Source: Paecilomyces variotii | Lineage: Eukaryota | DNA: 64,000 nt | Strand: one strand, 5' to 3' | Assembly: GCA_004022145.1 (NCBI GenBank) | Contig: RCNU01000013.1 | Shown here: positions 52,286 to 64,000 of the stretch, in pieces | How positions within the stretch are numbered: the stretch's first letter is position 1 | Layout of the letters: each line of letters starts with the position of its first letter | Made by a program: the position numbers and the translations under genes | Notes under the pieces: generated by a model | Database searches by the model: none | The model's input: only the letters and a program-made list of their open reading frames with translations | What the model was told of the DNA's origin: nothing

Positions 52286-54298
52286 TCACCGAAAGTCCCC
52301 TGCCGGGAAGAATCTCGGACCAGCGTACCCGTATGCGACGATACTCTGGATGTCAATGTTTCCTCCACTATATGGACTCCAGAGTTTGATCAAGATAAAT
52401 CTTCCGGATCTGATTTGGACAGTCAGTAACGTAGGAGATCGAGTTAGGTAGGAGACATACGGTGGTGGATCGAATTTAATGCTGACCATGCTCTTCTCTC
52501 GCTCAATGAAGAACTGCGCATGAGGTTTCATCACCTCTGAACTCCCGTCAGGATAATAATTATCCGTGGAAGACGGGATAACTGGTTCAATCAAACTAGG
52601 TGCCATCCGGCGTCTGCGTAGGACGTCATGATCACCGAGAATATCTTGTCGACGAGCCGCTCTCATTCGCCTGCGCATGTCCAAGCGTCCACGATTGAAA
52701 GCACTCATCTCGTTGGCATCTTCGTCACTTTCGCTGTCCTCATCCTCCGAACAAAGCACATCATCTTCGATCTGCACCATCTGCATCCGCTCCATCTCTG
52801 CCGCGGAGGGGAAGTCGTCGTCGTTTTCTTGGTCATCGTCACCATCGTCAGATCTCTCGTCAAACTCTGTGGTGACTCTAAACTCAGAGGTGGGATCACG
52901 ATCGACTGACGCTCTGGTTGTAGATGTAAGCTGTCCGGCGAAATCGAACTCCGAGTCAGGATAACCCGGGTGTCTAATAAGCGCCCTTTCTAGAGATCGA
53001 AGCGGGGATCGGAACGCGTTCGCATATTCCTCAGAAGGTCGCATTCCAACTCGTCTATGGCGACGGGCTCGACGTCGCGAAGGCGAGTATTGAATCTGGT
53101 ATCTGGCGGTGCGCGCCAGTAGGTCGTCCGAAGACATGGAGACGAATATCATCCCTTCCTGGATACTTCACGCGGCTGTCAATACACGTTTACCAAGGAA
53201 GGATGGGCAAATAACGTACGGGGCATCAAAACCTGACTTGGGGGCCTTGATGACTATCTTTCTCAGACAGAACGGTGTCTCTCCGCGGTGTCTCAGGATC
53301 AGATTGCACCGGTCAGATTTGGTGCAGTACACTGAAGAGTCATTGAGCAGCACGTTTTCGGGCCATGAGGTCTCCCCATCAGGCTCCGCATAAGTGCCGC
53401 CATCGCAGCTTACTATCTCCATCTGCAACGGCCCAGGTACAACCTGCCCATATTGACCGTAACTGAACCCTCGAAGCCCTTCTCTCTTGTCATCGGAATC
53501 CAGCTTCCGTCTCTTAGCTGTCCATCTACTCGATGCTCTATCTGGTGTGTAGTCTGCGAGAAGACTGGGAGAGGCAATAGGAGGGGTAGGTTCGTCAAGC
53601 AACGAGCTTAGCGGGGAATCAGATTCCCTCATCCGAGCGCCCTGCTGGAATGCTTGCAATCCACTCGTGTCCATGCTACCCCCTCTGGCTCTACCGTCTC
53701 TTTCTCTTATCCTTGCAAGAGCCTCACTGGGTCTCAAAGCGCGACGTCGGGGTCGACTTGGCGATGGCTGCGAGCCAGCCGGGTTAGGTTCCTGCTCCAT
53801 CAGGGGGGGAGTTGATGTTGGCGGGGAAGTCAGCCCTTGACGGTCACGATCTGACACACGACGTCTAATCCTATCACCCCGCGAAGATGTCAAATCTGAC
53901 CGTAAGTGCTGCAGTTGCCGGTCGACTGCAGCTCTGGCCTGTTCGTAGTTTGTTCTATCCTGAGCACGATCTGATCGAAGGTCTTCTATTTCTTGGTTGA
54001 GAGTATCCAGGGCTCGAGCTGTCGTGTAGCCACCTCGCTCACGAAGCCTCTCAGAGCTCAAGAGTTCCCGTAGATGTTGTAGCCGTGCGGTAACGCTGTT
54101 GGGACGGTCTTCTTGATGCTCGGGGCTACTTCGGCGAGGACGGGTGGAGGCAGGTGGGAAGTCGTAATTGCCCGACTAAGTCAACGGAACACGGTCAATA
54201 TTATCATATGTCATCGAGCGGATCCCTTTCCCTTCAGGTGAATATATATCACGGATAGAAGAGACAAAGGGGCCAGGTAAGTGCAGACATACCATCAT
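52286..54298 (-). CDS. Uncharacterised fungal protein with a possible galactose-binding-like/discoidin beta-sandwich; exons 54298-54293, 54175-53220, 53165-52461, 52409-52286
   Basis: Two long ORFs join in frame through GT-AG introns. Ordered blocks (MEIVSCDGG..PENVL.NDSSVYCT..CNLILRH...F.L.KIVIKAP...IQEGMIFV and IKFDPPPSGRFILIKLWSP...NIDIQSI) sit within disordered sequence. The 6-nt first exon is tentative. Confidence 0.75.
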
Positions 54299-54300
54299 TG

Positions 54301-54328
54301 GGTGCGGTGTGGTGCGGTGTGGTGCGGT
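54301..54328. repeat. (GGTGCGGTGT)n short tandem repeat
   Basis: About 2.8 copies immediately upstream of the predicted start of the minus-strand gene. Confidence 0.8.
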
Positions 54329-54935
54329 CACCCAGGCTGCCGGTAAGTACTTAACTAGTAGTAAGTACCTAGTTACCTAGATAGAGAGAACTGCACCAGA
54401 GCAGACAACCAACAAAAGCAGAATCCAACCCGCCAGAAGATTCCCACGGGTGATCCGCCACAGCGTATCGACAGAAGTGATGAAGATGAGCTGGACAAAG
54501 CTGAGAGTTGCAGAGAAGGCGGACAAGCCGGGGTGACAGTCGGAGCACCTTCCGCGGCGTCATGCAAGCACGTGACGGGCAGCTTCGGAGGGGAAGATGA
54601 AGATAACACAGCTTATATCGGCCTGGATTGTTCTTCTGCCTGCTTACCTCTCACAGCAAGGGGACTGCCCGGGTGCTGGCAGCTTTCACAGATCAAGTGG
54701 AGTCTGTGCAACCTCATTCCCTACCGCAGTTGACATCTCATCGGCTTTGACCTGAGATCTTAGCTTCTCGCACCTCCGCATTTCCCCTCCTTGATCCCCA
54801 TACGGTCACTCTCCTTCAAGAATACATTCCTGCCTCGTTTCAGCTGGGAACCTGAGCCTTCTCTCCCTTTTGCACTCCACTGCTTTGGATCCTCGCTCTG
54901 AACTTGCCGGCCCAACATAAGTACGCGCTTACAAA

Positions 54936-56292
54936 ATGGCAACATCCGAGGCCACCGTGCCTGTAGAGGAAGCTCCGCACTCTACAGTTCAATCAATCAG
55001 CGCCGGTGAGCTCACAACCTCAATGATTCCGACAGATTAGACTGTGGAGCTGACCGCTACAGATGAGATTGCCCTGTATGACCGACAGATCCGCCTCTGG
55101 GGTGTCAAGGCGCAGGAAAAGTAAACTACCTTAACAGTTACGCGCAGTCATACGATAGCTAATTTGAGCATCACTATTCGGCAGAATACGATCGGCCAAC
55201 ATCCTTCTCATTACTGTGAAAGCGCTAGCCAACGAGGTGGCTAAGAACCTTGTGCTGGCTGGTATTGGGTCTCTTACCATCATTGATCACGAAGTCGTCA
55301 CAGAAGAAGACCTCGGTGCCCAGTTCTTCGTATCACAGGAGCATATCGGCCAAAATGTGCGTGAGCATCCTTTGCTGATGAGCGCTAGGATTGTATACTG
55401 ATGAAGGCTATAGCGCGCCAGAGCTGCCGGTCCTCAAATCCATGCCATGAACCCCAGAGTGCAGCTACATATTGACACCGACAATGTCCGCACGAAGCCC
55501 CCGGAGTTCTTTGCAGGTTTCGACGTGACAATTGCGACGGAGCTCGATTTTGCTACACTTACCACTATCAATGCATCATGCCGGATCGCAAACCGTCCCT
55601 TCTATGCGGCAGGTCTGCATGGTTTCTACGGGTTTGTTTTCGCCGATCTCATCATGCACGACTTCGTCATCGAGCGCTCGAAGTCGAACGTCCAGTCGGT
55701 TCCGCAGGAGACACCTACGCGCAGCATCCTAAACATCACGACGAAGAAGGAGAATGACAAGATCATCGAGATGGTGACCAAAAGGGAGATCTATTCGCCG
55801 CTGCTTCTGGCCAATACTTCGCCCCTCCCGGAGGAATATACCCGGATTCCTCGCAAGCGGAGACAGGTGACGCCCTTGCTGACAAGCTTACGAGCGCTGT
55901 GGGAGTTTCAGAAGCTCTCAGGCGGTCCCCTGCCGACCTTTTCCCGCGCAGATCTAGAACTATTTACAAAACTGGCCAATGAGCGTCATCAGGAACTGAA
56001 GCTCGATCCAAGCACGTTGACCTCCGAGTTCCTGCGCAGTTTTCTACAGAACCTTGGAAGTGAGCTCAGTCCGGTCGCTGCGTTCCTGGGTGGCAGCCTT
56101 GCGCAGGATGTAATCAATGTCCTCAGCGCAAGAGAACAGCCTCTGCAGAATCTTCTGCTTTTCGACGGCGAGAGAAATGTGGCTCCAATCTACCCTCTGC
56201 ACCCTTTCTTCCCTCCTGAAACCGCACTTCCTATGGGCATGCCGGCTCCAAATTCGGTTATGACTGGAGGCATTACTGCAAATGCCCCTTGA
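54936..56292 (+). CDS. aos1: SUMO-activating enzyme E1 subunit (Aos1/Rad31); exons 54936-55005, 55063-55120, 55185-55356, 55414-56292
   Basis: ThiF-family N-terminus ISADEIALYDRQIRLWG..AQ, EVAKNLVLAGIGSLTI, GFVFADL and PVAAFLGG.LAQDVIN. Confidence 0.93.
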
Positions 56293-56956
56293 GGCAGCGC
56301 AGGCCAGGATAAGGAGAATCTACGCACCTATCGATATTTCTTTCTCTTGGACCACACGAGGCAAGATCAGCCGTCCCAATCTGGTTGATACCCTACTTTC
56401 TTACCTCCACCCCCTTGAAAACCCTTCAAAACCCTTCACATTAATGTAATCACGAGCGTTAGTCATGTACTGTACAATACGGAAAGGAACGGAAAGGAAA
56501 GGCGAGAAATGGAGAGGAAGCCATATACGAATTTCATTTCAAACCAAGGATCTACCACAATCCAAGTTACTTCCAAATTTCAAATTGTAGCATTCTTCGA
56601 AATTCTTAGTCGCTTTTTTGTTTTTTATCTGTTTTTATTTCCGCCCATCTATATCACCTATAAAAAACAAATAAACCCGTAGGCTGCAGGCCACTGATAC
56701 ATGAAGAAGCGGGGAGTAACTATGTAGCCTCCAACGTCCATTCATTTATACCTTCCCAAAAAAAAGAAAGAAAGAATAATAATAATAAAGACACCGCCCC
56801 TAGTTAATTAAAAAGCGAAAAAGAAAATTTCCAGGAATTAATCAACTAAACCCACTAAAACTGGTTTGAAGTCCAATTCCATTCTCGTTTCGATATTTTT
56901 TTCCTCTCTTATATCAACCACCCCCATGCGTTCCTTGATTTATGGCATTGATTCAA

Positions 56957-58694
56957 TTATGCCGTTCCATTCTGCTCTTTGTGGACGAGAGTGTTCTCCT
57001 CGTCATCAACCTTTTTCGGAGTAGAAGGGTCTTCATCTTCCTCGGAGATGAGACCCTGGAGCTCGAAGGCTTCAGCGTCATGGATTTGTTGAGCTTCGGA
57101 TTGAGAGCGCTGGCCTCTGCGGCTGCTTCCAGGGATGGTGGAACCGGCGCGGGGACCGGAGGGGTTGTATTTGGCGGTTTCGGGCCAGGCGTGGACGGCG
57201 TAGATGTGCAGGAGGACGTTGACGACTGGGAAGGGGTATGTTAGTTTTTTTTTTTTTTTTTTTTTTTCCCCTATACTGGGTTTGGCTGGATATTATAAGT
57301 ATATATAAGAGGAGAGAAAACTTACAGAGGAAGAGAATAAAAGCAATGCTGTAGAGGATCAGGACGTAAGAGACGTGGGTAACGCCAGCGTCACTGAGAA
57401 GTTGCATCTGCTCTTCGGTCGCGCCCATAAAGAGGAAACCGGAGGCATAAAGAAGCTGTTGTATGATTCCGTTAGTTGGGAAAGGCTTAAGACAGACAAA
57501 GTTTTATTGAATTGGGGTGAAAACATACGAATGGCGTGAGATATTGGAAGCTGTTGGGATCTGTTCCATCTGGGCTGAGCGTGGGTTGATCCTTCAGGAC
57601 GAAAGAGATCTCAATGATTCTCACGGCACCTGCGGCCATCAAGGTATATCCGAAGACGGAGTGGATCATGGTACTCAACATCAACTGCTGAGAGTGTGCG
57701 GACATGGCATAACCGGTCAGCAAGATGACAATGGCGGGGATCAAATTGCGCTTCGGCCGGCCGTCCCGCTTCCTGCTGAGCCAGATACCCAGCAGACCGG
57801 CGCACCACCAGACAATACCCATCGTGGTGTGCTGGAGGTCACTGTGCACCCATGGGCCTCCCCAGCGGTGTTCGGTGAACGTGTTGACGCATCCCCAAGC
57901 AGCGATGACCAGCGAGTCAAAGAACTCCTGGCTTCGACCAGTGCGGCGCAGCCAGTACTGACCGACGAGCAGCAGGATAGTCAAAAGGATACCGTAGGCG
58001 ATGAACGCACTGCCCATAATGAAGTGCGCCAGACACTGTCCCAGATGGTCTTCCCGACAGAAACCCAGGGCCGTGATGCCACCGAAAACCATCTGCACCC
58101 AGCTGACAATTGGCATCATCTTCCCCACCACTCCGTGTGCGACCACAATATACCGACGGATCCGTCCATGAACGCCCTTGGAGAGATGCAGCTTGAGGTA
58201 TGCGCCCAGAACGACTTGGAGAATGAGCATTAGCATCAGCGAGTTGGCGAAGGAGGCGTGGATGTTCTTGGCGAAACGTCTGCCCTTATGAGCGTGGCCC
58301 ATAAAGTAGGCCACCACGGCGACGACGGTTCCAACGACCTGAACAGGAACGTGCCATCGAGAGCGCACAATCTAGAAACATTAGCTGATGGTTTTGAAAT
58401 CGTCCCCCGCAGCCTCTGCCGGAACATACCCCCAGAACCATGCCGAAAGGAAACACAAGGCCAAAGGTCAGGCCCATCAGAATCATATGAAGCCATAGCG
58501 TAGAATCCTGCATCGTAGAACCACAGTCAGCCACCCATCCCAAATCCTAAAACTCAGCATCCGGAGGATCATACAATCGGGTCGTCTGAGATAGCCACGC
58601 CTTCGGGCACAGCAGAGTGATCTCCATGAGCGTATGCAGTGCTGGCCAGCAGCAGCAGCGTCAGCAGCGCCGTGCGGCCGTCCGATATCGCCAT
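56957..58694 (-). CDS. Ytp1-like polytopic membrane protein (DUF2427 plus Ytp1 domain); exons 58694-58575, 58507-58430, 58371-57529, 57455-57326, 57225-56957
   Basis: Signal peptide, His-rich TM segments, GFCREDHLGQCLAHFIMGSAFIAYG, RSQEFFDS, NTFTEHRWG, DLQHT and FMGATEEQ. Four canonical introns give one frame. Confidence 0.85.
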
Positions 58695-59350
58695 GGCGGT
58701 GTTAAATCAGAATGTAAAGAGCACGTAACGAGTGTAAAGTCGGGGATGGAGTTTGGAATTGGAGTCGGAGCAATATCAGCCTGCCCCCCAGGCCGGAGTT
58801 GCGCGGCAGGGACCGAGTTAGTAATTTAGGCGCGCGCAATCAAGTGGCGACGATCAGACAATCATAAATTAAAAAGAAAGAAATGCAGCCAACGGATGCT
58901 CGCATGTCACCACATGCGATCCCACCAGTTGGAAGTTCGTTCCGCAATAATATTCGCGACCGTGGCGGAGGGATAATTAACTTAAGGATGGGTAAGGGAA
59001 AGTTGGAGAGAGTACAGATCGTGTAAGTTAAGTTAGTTAACCCAGGCTAACTAGTTGGTTAACTGCGTAAGCCCAGCAGCGAGTTAGAACGGGGGGAAAT
59101 AATAATGAATAACTAATGTCAATAAATAGATTAATTAATGTCGGTCCCTTTTTCCCCCTTCTATTTCTCTCCAACGAGAACCCGTTGAACTCGTCTGACT
59201 AAACTAAAACTGCTGCAAAGGTCCAAACCACTTTAAATCTATCATTGGATCTGGGCAAAAGAAAGAAAGAAGCAATATCTAAATAACTAGTTATCTAACT
59301 GACATTGTTATTATCCAACCAACATCCTCTCCTGACCCTGACCAGACAGT

Positions 59351-59969
59351 ATGACGACAACGCCATTGTCTAGCGCTAATGATAACAATCATAACGATCA
59401 AGCTCATGATCATGTCCTTCCATCAGATCTATCCCCAGAACAACTCACTCAGCGAGAGAGGAAACTTGTCCGTGCCCCCCCAACCCCCCGATTCCTTCTC
59501 CTTTCTACATACAATAATCAATCCCACTTGCATGCATAAACTCCAAAAATCATAAGAAAATTTAATCGACTAAGATTTCAAAGTTAAAACGCGAAAACAA
59601 AACTAACTTTTTGATGCTTATTTTCCTGACAGGCGAATCTGCGCTCTTCAATTGCGAAATTAGAATCTCAGATCTCCGAGACAGAGTCTCAGCTCGCGGA
59701 GGCGCGATCCAGGCTAAAGTATTCATCCCCATCCCCATCCAGCAATGAATTGCATAAATGGATAATGATGTGAAAAGAATCAGTTTCTGACATGAAAAAC
59801 CAACAGAGATAAAGATGATTCCCGAACCGTTCAACGACATATCCGTCTTCTGCATTCCTATAACGAGATCAAGGATGTTGGACAAGGTCTGATGGGCTTG
59901 ATTGCGGATGCGCGCGGGGTGAGACATGTGGATGTGCAGAGGGAGTTTGGTATCGGTGAGAAGGATTAA
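59351..59969 (+). CDS. swi5: Swi5/Sae3 recombination-repair protein, about 121 aa; exons 59351-59467, 59633-59718, 59807-59969
   Basis: A coiled-coil (LRSSIAKLESQISETESQLAEARSRLK) is followed by the Swi5 signature TVQRHIRLLHSYNEIKDVGQGLMGLIADARG. The donors are weak (GTCCGT, GTATTC), so exon 1 is less certain. Confidence 0.85.
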
Positions 59970-60569
59970 GGGGTGTTGAATTTGTGTCGGTTCGGTTCTG
60001 TTTGATTTGTGGGATGGGGAGTTAGGAGGCGTACTACACCAAGGGCAGGAGTTGGGGAAGTTTGCTGCAGCATATTTCAACGTAATGAATCTCGTACTTT
60101 TATTTCTATCTAATTCGGAAAAGATTGGACCTGTACAATCCTCAGAAGAGGATCCGACATTTGACATCCAAACAAAGCGGTCCCAAGGTATAATACACCA
60201 AGGAAGAGAGCGGGGTGTCTGCTTGAGAGGGGGATTATTTATAGACACTCGATGACAGCTAAAGGCCGCCAGAAGCATGTATAAGACCAGAAATGCGAAT
60301 ATCAACGACACGTGAAGGTATCAAGATACAAACTGCTCGCCTTAACAGACAAACCACCGCAGTCACAACATGGAAAGTAGCAGAAAAAAGGAAATTCCAA
60401 ATGCATGTTCACATGAAGCCGTGAAGACAGAAGAACAGTAAGTCTATGGTATCTAGCATTATATATGCGTTGGAAAAAAAAAATCAAGCACAACGTTCAC
60501 CCAAACGCGTTAGGTAAGATATATAGTCGGTGAAGTGAGGGGAGATGGCTAGGAATCATGCAAGAGACA

Positions 60570-63500
60570 CTAGTGGGCCTTTCCCAAGCTCTGCAGATTC
60601 ACTAGCTCAAAGTAGCGGCCCTTGTTCCGGAGAAGTTCGCTGTGGGTGCCACTTTCGACGATCCGGCCTTGGTCAAAGACGTAGATAATGTCGGCCTTTT
60701 GAATAGTACTGAGACGGTGGGCAACAGCAATGGTCGTACGACCGCGAGCAGCGGCATCAAGAGCAGCCTGGACAACTTTCTCGGACTCGGAATCTAGAGC
60801 AGAGGTGGCTTCATCGAGCAGGAGAACCTTAGGGTCACGGAGAAGGGCACGAGCAATGGCAACACGTTGCTTCTGACCACCAGACAACATGCCTCCCTTG
60901 CTACCGACGACAGTGGAGAATCCTTCTCTGGTTGAATGTTAGTACCATGAAAGCAATGTATGATAGGGTCGACGGGGCTGGAACTTACGGGAGGGACAGG
61001 ATGAAGTCGTAGATGTTGGCATCTTTGCACGCTTTGATGATCGCCTCTTCAGAGATATCCGTTCTGTCGGTGCCGAGAAGGATGTTCTCCTTGACCGTTC
61101 CTTGATACAAGGTAGGCTCCTGACTGACAAGTGACAAGAAACTGCGGTAGGAATTGATGTTCAAAGTGGAAATATCCTTGCCGTCCACGAAGACACCGCC
61201 GGCGAGGGCATCGTAGAAACGCTCAAGGAGAGCAATCGTCGTACTCTTTCCACATCCACTAGCGCCGACTAGAGCCACATATTGCCCCGGCTTAACTGTT
61301 AAATTCAAGCCTCGAAGGACAGGCTGCTCCGGGCGAGTCGGATATCTGAAGTGCACGTCGCGAAATTCGATCGTACCCTCCATACTTTGAAGTACTTCTC
61401 CTTCGGGTGACCACACATCGATCGTCGGCTTGCGGTCGAACAACCGTTTGAACTGTGCAGCCGCATTCTTTGCTTTGCCCATATCAGGAGAGAATGAGAA
61501 AATAGTACCAGCGGACTGAGCTCCGAAGATAATCTCACTGAAGCAGACAAAGAAGCGGAAAATCGAGTACTCGTGGTGGCCGAGAAGAGTTCCGCCCCAC
61601 CAGAATCCAAGTGCAACGCAGAAGAAAACGAGTGCCTGAGAGCTAGCATAGAGGATAGAAGATCTGGTAACAGAAACGAGACTCTTCCTCCCTTGCTCTT
61701 CAAGTTGGGCGTGGTAAACCTCGAGCACGTCATTTTCCCTGGTAAGCGATGCCACCGTTCGGATGGCTGTGGTTGCCTCGCACGCGTAGCTAGCAGACGA
61801 TTCGTAGGCCTTCTTGGCTCGTTCCTGAAATTGGGCCAGCATCCAGAACCTGTAGAATCCACAGGCCAGGAGGACAGGAACTGCCGCCATACAGACAAGA
61901 GCCAGTTTCCAACCGATGGAGAGGGAGATGATCAAGGCTGCTCCGAGGGTTGTGCTGACCATTAGAATAGTACCCAGAGTCACTCCACTGATACCCGAAA
62001 GGTGCTTAGTCTCCGTTGAAAGAAAAGAAGTCAAGGCACCAGTACTGTTCTCTTCCCTGTCGAAAAAGGAAATATCCTGGCGAAGCATTGTCCGAAACGC
62101 TTGGCTGCGTGCGCGACGGATCAACTTCTCGGAGCTGAAAGCGAATGCAATACCCTGGATAGAGAAGGTACAGAACTGAACAATACCCACCACAAGGAAC
62201 ATCAGAGACCAGAAGTTGGCGTCATGTCGGAGCTGTGCATACATGCTCGACGGCAGAGAGAGCGAATTGATGGCTTTGGCATACAACACAGCCTGGGTGG
62301 GCTGTCCACCACCGGCCAGCATCGAGAAGAAGAGACCAATGAACATGAATTTCAGTTCCGGTTTGTTGAATGATGCGATGAATTTGATCAATGTCCACAA
62401 TGAGTACTTTTCAGCGGCTTCGGGAGCTTCACGAGAGAGCACCTGACTGGATACGGATTTCTTAGTGTCAACCCGCTTCACTTGCTCTTTGAGCGCCTCA
62501 TCCTCGGAATTGGAAACGCCGCCATAGCTTGCTGCGGTCTTCGTCTTCGCCAGTCCTTTATTTGCCAGAGCCTCGTCTTCATCTTCTTCATCTTCTAGAG
62601 CCACAGCCCGTGCATCCTTTTCCTCATTGATGCGCTGCGCCTCGACCAGTTTAGCATAAGTTCCTTTCTTGTCAACCAGTTCATCATGGACTCCTTGCTC
62701 TGCGATCTTGCCATTAACCAAGCAGACGATATTGTGAGCAGTCTTGATAGTCGACAGACGATGCGCAATGACGATGGTGGTTCTTCCTTCAGCTGCCTTG
62801 TCCAGAGCTGCCTGGACAACCCCTTCTGACTTGGTGTCCAATGCAGACGTCGCTTCGTCGAGCAAGAGGATCTTGGGATCGCCGACAACAGCACGAGCAA
62901 TGGCAATTCTCTGTTTCTGACCGCCGGAGAGTAGGAACCCGCGTTCTCCGACATGGGTGTCATAACCCTCCGGTAAATTTGTGATAAATTCATGTGCATT
63001 GGCCATGCGAGCCGCATCTTCGATTCTCGCTCTGATCTTTTCCTCGGGCTCATTCTCAAATCGGGAACCAATGAGACCATATCTGATGTTCTGGTAGATG
63101 GTGGTCGCGAAGAGAGTCGGCTCCTGGCTGACCAGTGAAACTTGCTGACGCAACCAGCGAAGATTGAGTGTCTGAATATCATGGCCATCAAGGTATACCG
63201 CACCTCCAGCAGGTATGTAAAAACGCTCTACCAGCCCGACGATTGTACTTTTTCCAGAACCCGAAGGACCGACAAGCGCTGTGGTTTTCCCTGCGGGTAT
63301 CACGAGGCTGACACCATCCATTACAGTTACCTCCGGTCGTGAAGGGTAAATGTGCCGTATATTTCGCAGTTCGATGTGACCTTCTACATGGTCGAGCTTG
63401 TCGCCTTCTTCTGACGACGGATCTAGGGGTGACACGCGGTCAATGGTGCTGTAGATCTTGACAGCAGCAGCCACAGCGCTTGTGAATGCTTGAGCGTTAG

Positions 63501-64000
63501 GTGACACGTTTCCCAGAGCAAAAGAACCAATTAGGACAGCCATCAGGATCGTTAGTACCTGCCCGACACCGACACTCTGGTCGACAACGAACCGGGAGCC
63601 CATCCAAAAGCCGAGACCATAGTTCAGGTACATGATACCGAACATAGCAGCGACCATGACCGCAAGAATCATCTGTAGCTTAGTTCCCCATTTCTCGGCC
63701 TCTTCCAGATGGATGTCATACTGCCTAGCGAGCTTTTCTTGCGTTCCAAAGGCAGTGGCGTTTCTGATCGAGCTAATCACCTCCTCCGCCACGGTTCCCC
63801 CCTGGCCATACGAGGCCAGAGATTGCTTGTTAAACTTGATGATAAACCTCGAACCACCGCCCATAACGAGAATAAGGGCAGCGATAGTGGAGGAGCAAAT
63901 AAGGGCCAGTTTCCAGTATTTGACGTAGGCGATAATGAAAGCCGTAACAAAGGTCGAGAGGGCAGTTAGCGTCAAGCCAACCTTCTCGGAGATACCATCT
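60570..64000 (-). CDS. atrD: Full-size ABCB/MDR multidrug transporter, 5'-partial; exons >64000-60989 and 60927-60570
   Basis: TMD-NBD-TMD-NBD layout with Walker A motifs GPSGSGKST and [17 protein letters not shown] signatures and [11 protein letters not shown]. The C-terminus [13 protein letters not shown] is as in AtrD/Mdr1. Confidence 0.93.

Noticed and set aside
59562..60311. 249-aa minus-strand ORF
   Set aside because: It has no recognisable motifs and lies antisense to the swi5 exons and introns, so it is most likely a shadow ORF.

Overview
Intron-containing genomic DNA from a filamentous ascomycete, most likely Eurotiales (Aspergillus/Paecilomyces-like). This rests on GT-AG introns with CTRAY branch points and on protein similarity; the species cannot be read from the sequence. 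The window is a housekeeping block of 19 protein-coding genes: ino80 (5'-partial), rpl41, rpa49, a Zn alcohol dehydrogenase (alcC/adhA type), nhx1, a Sut1-type sugar permease, steA/STE12, a Faf1-like factor, his6, V-ATPase subunit f, elp3, succinyl-CoA ligase alpha, a CexA-like citrate exporter, an RFX transcription factor, an uncharacterised protein, aos1, a Ytp1-like protein, swi5/sae3 and an ABCB pump (atrD/mdr1, 5'-partial). Three small spliced genes (rpl41, subunit f, swi5) are not recovered by the ORF track and were rebuilt by hand. I found no tRNA, rRNA, CRISPR array or intact transposon, and no clearly novel multi-gene system. The best leads are: the CexA-like exporter with a PacC-site-rich promoter; a hairpin-dense non-coding region behind rpl41; an in-frame skippable zinc-finger exon in steA; an AlcR-type inverted repeat plus CreA sites upstream of the ADH; and a TpA-rich, RIP-like relic at about 31-32 kb. 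All exon boundaries were inferred by eye, and homology calls come from remembered family motifs rather than database searches.
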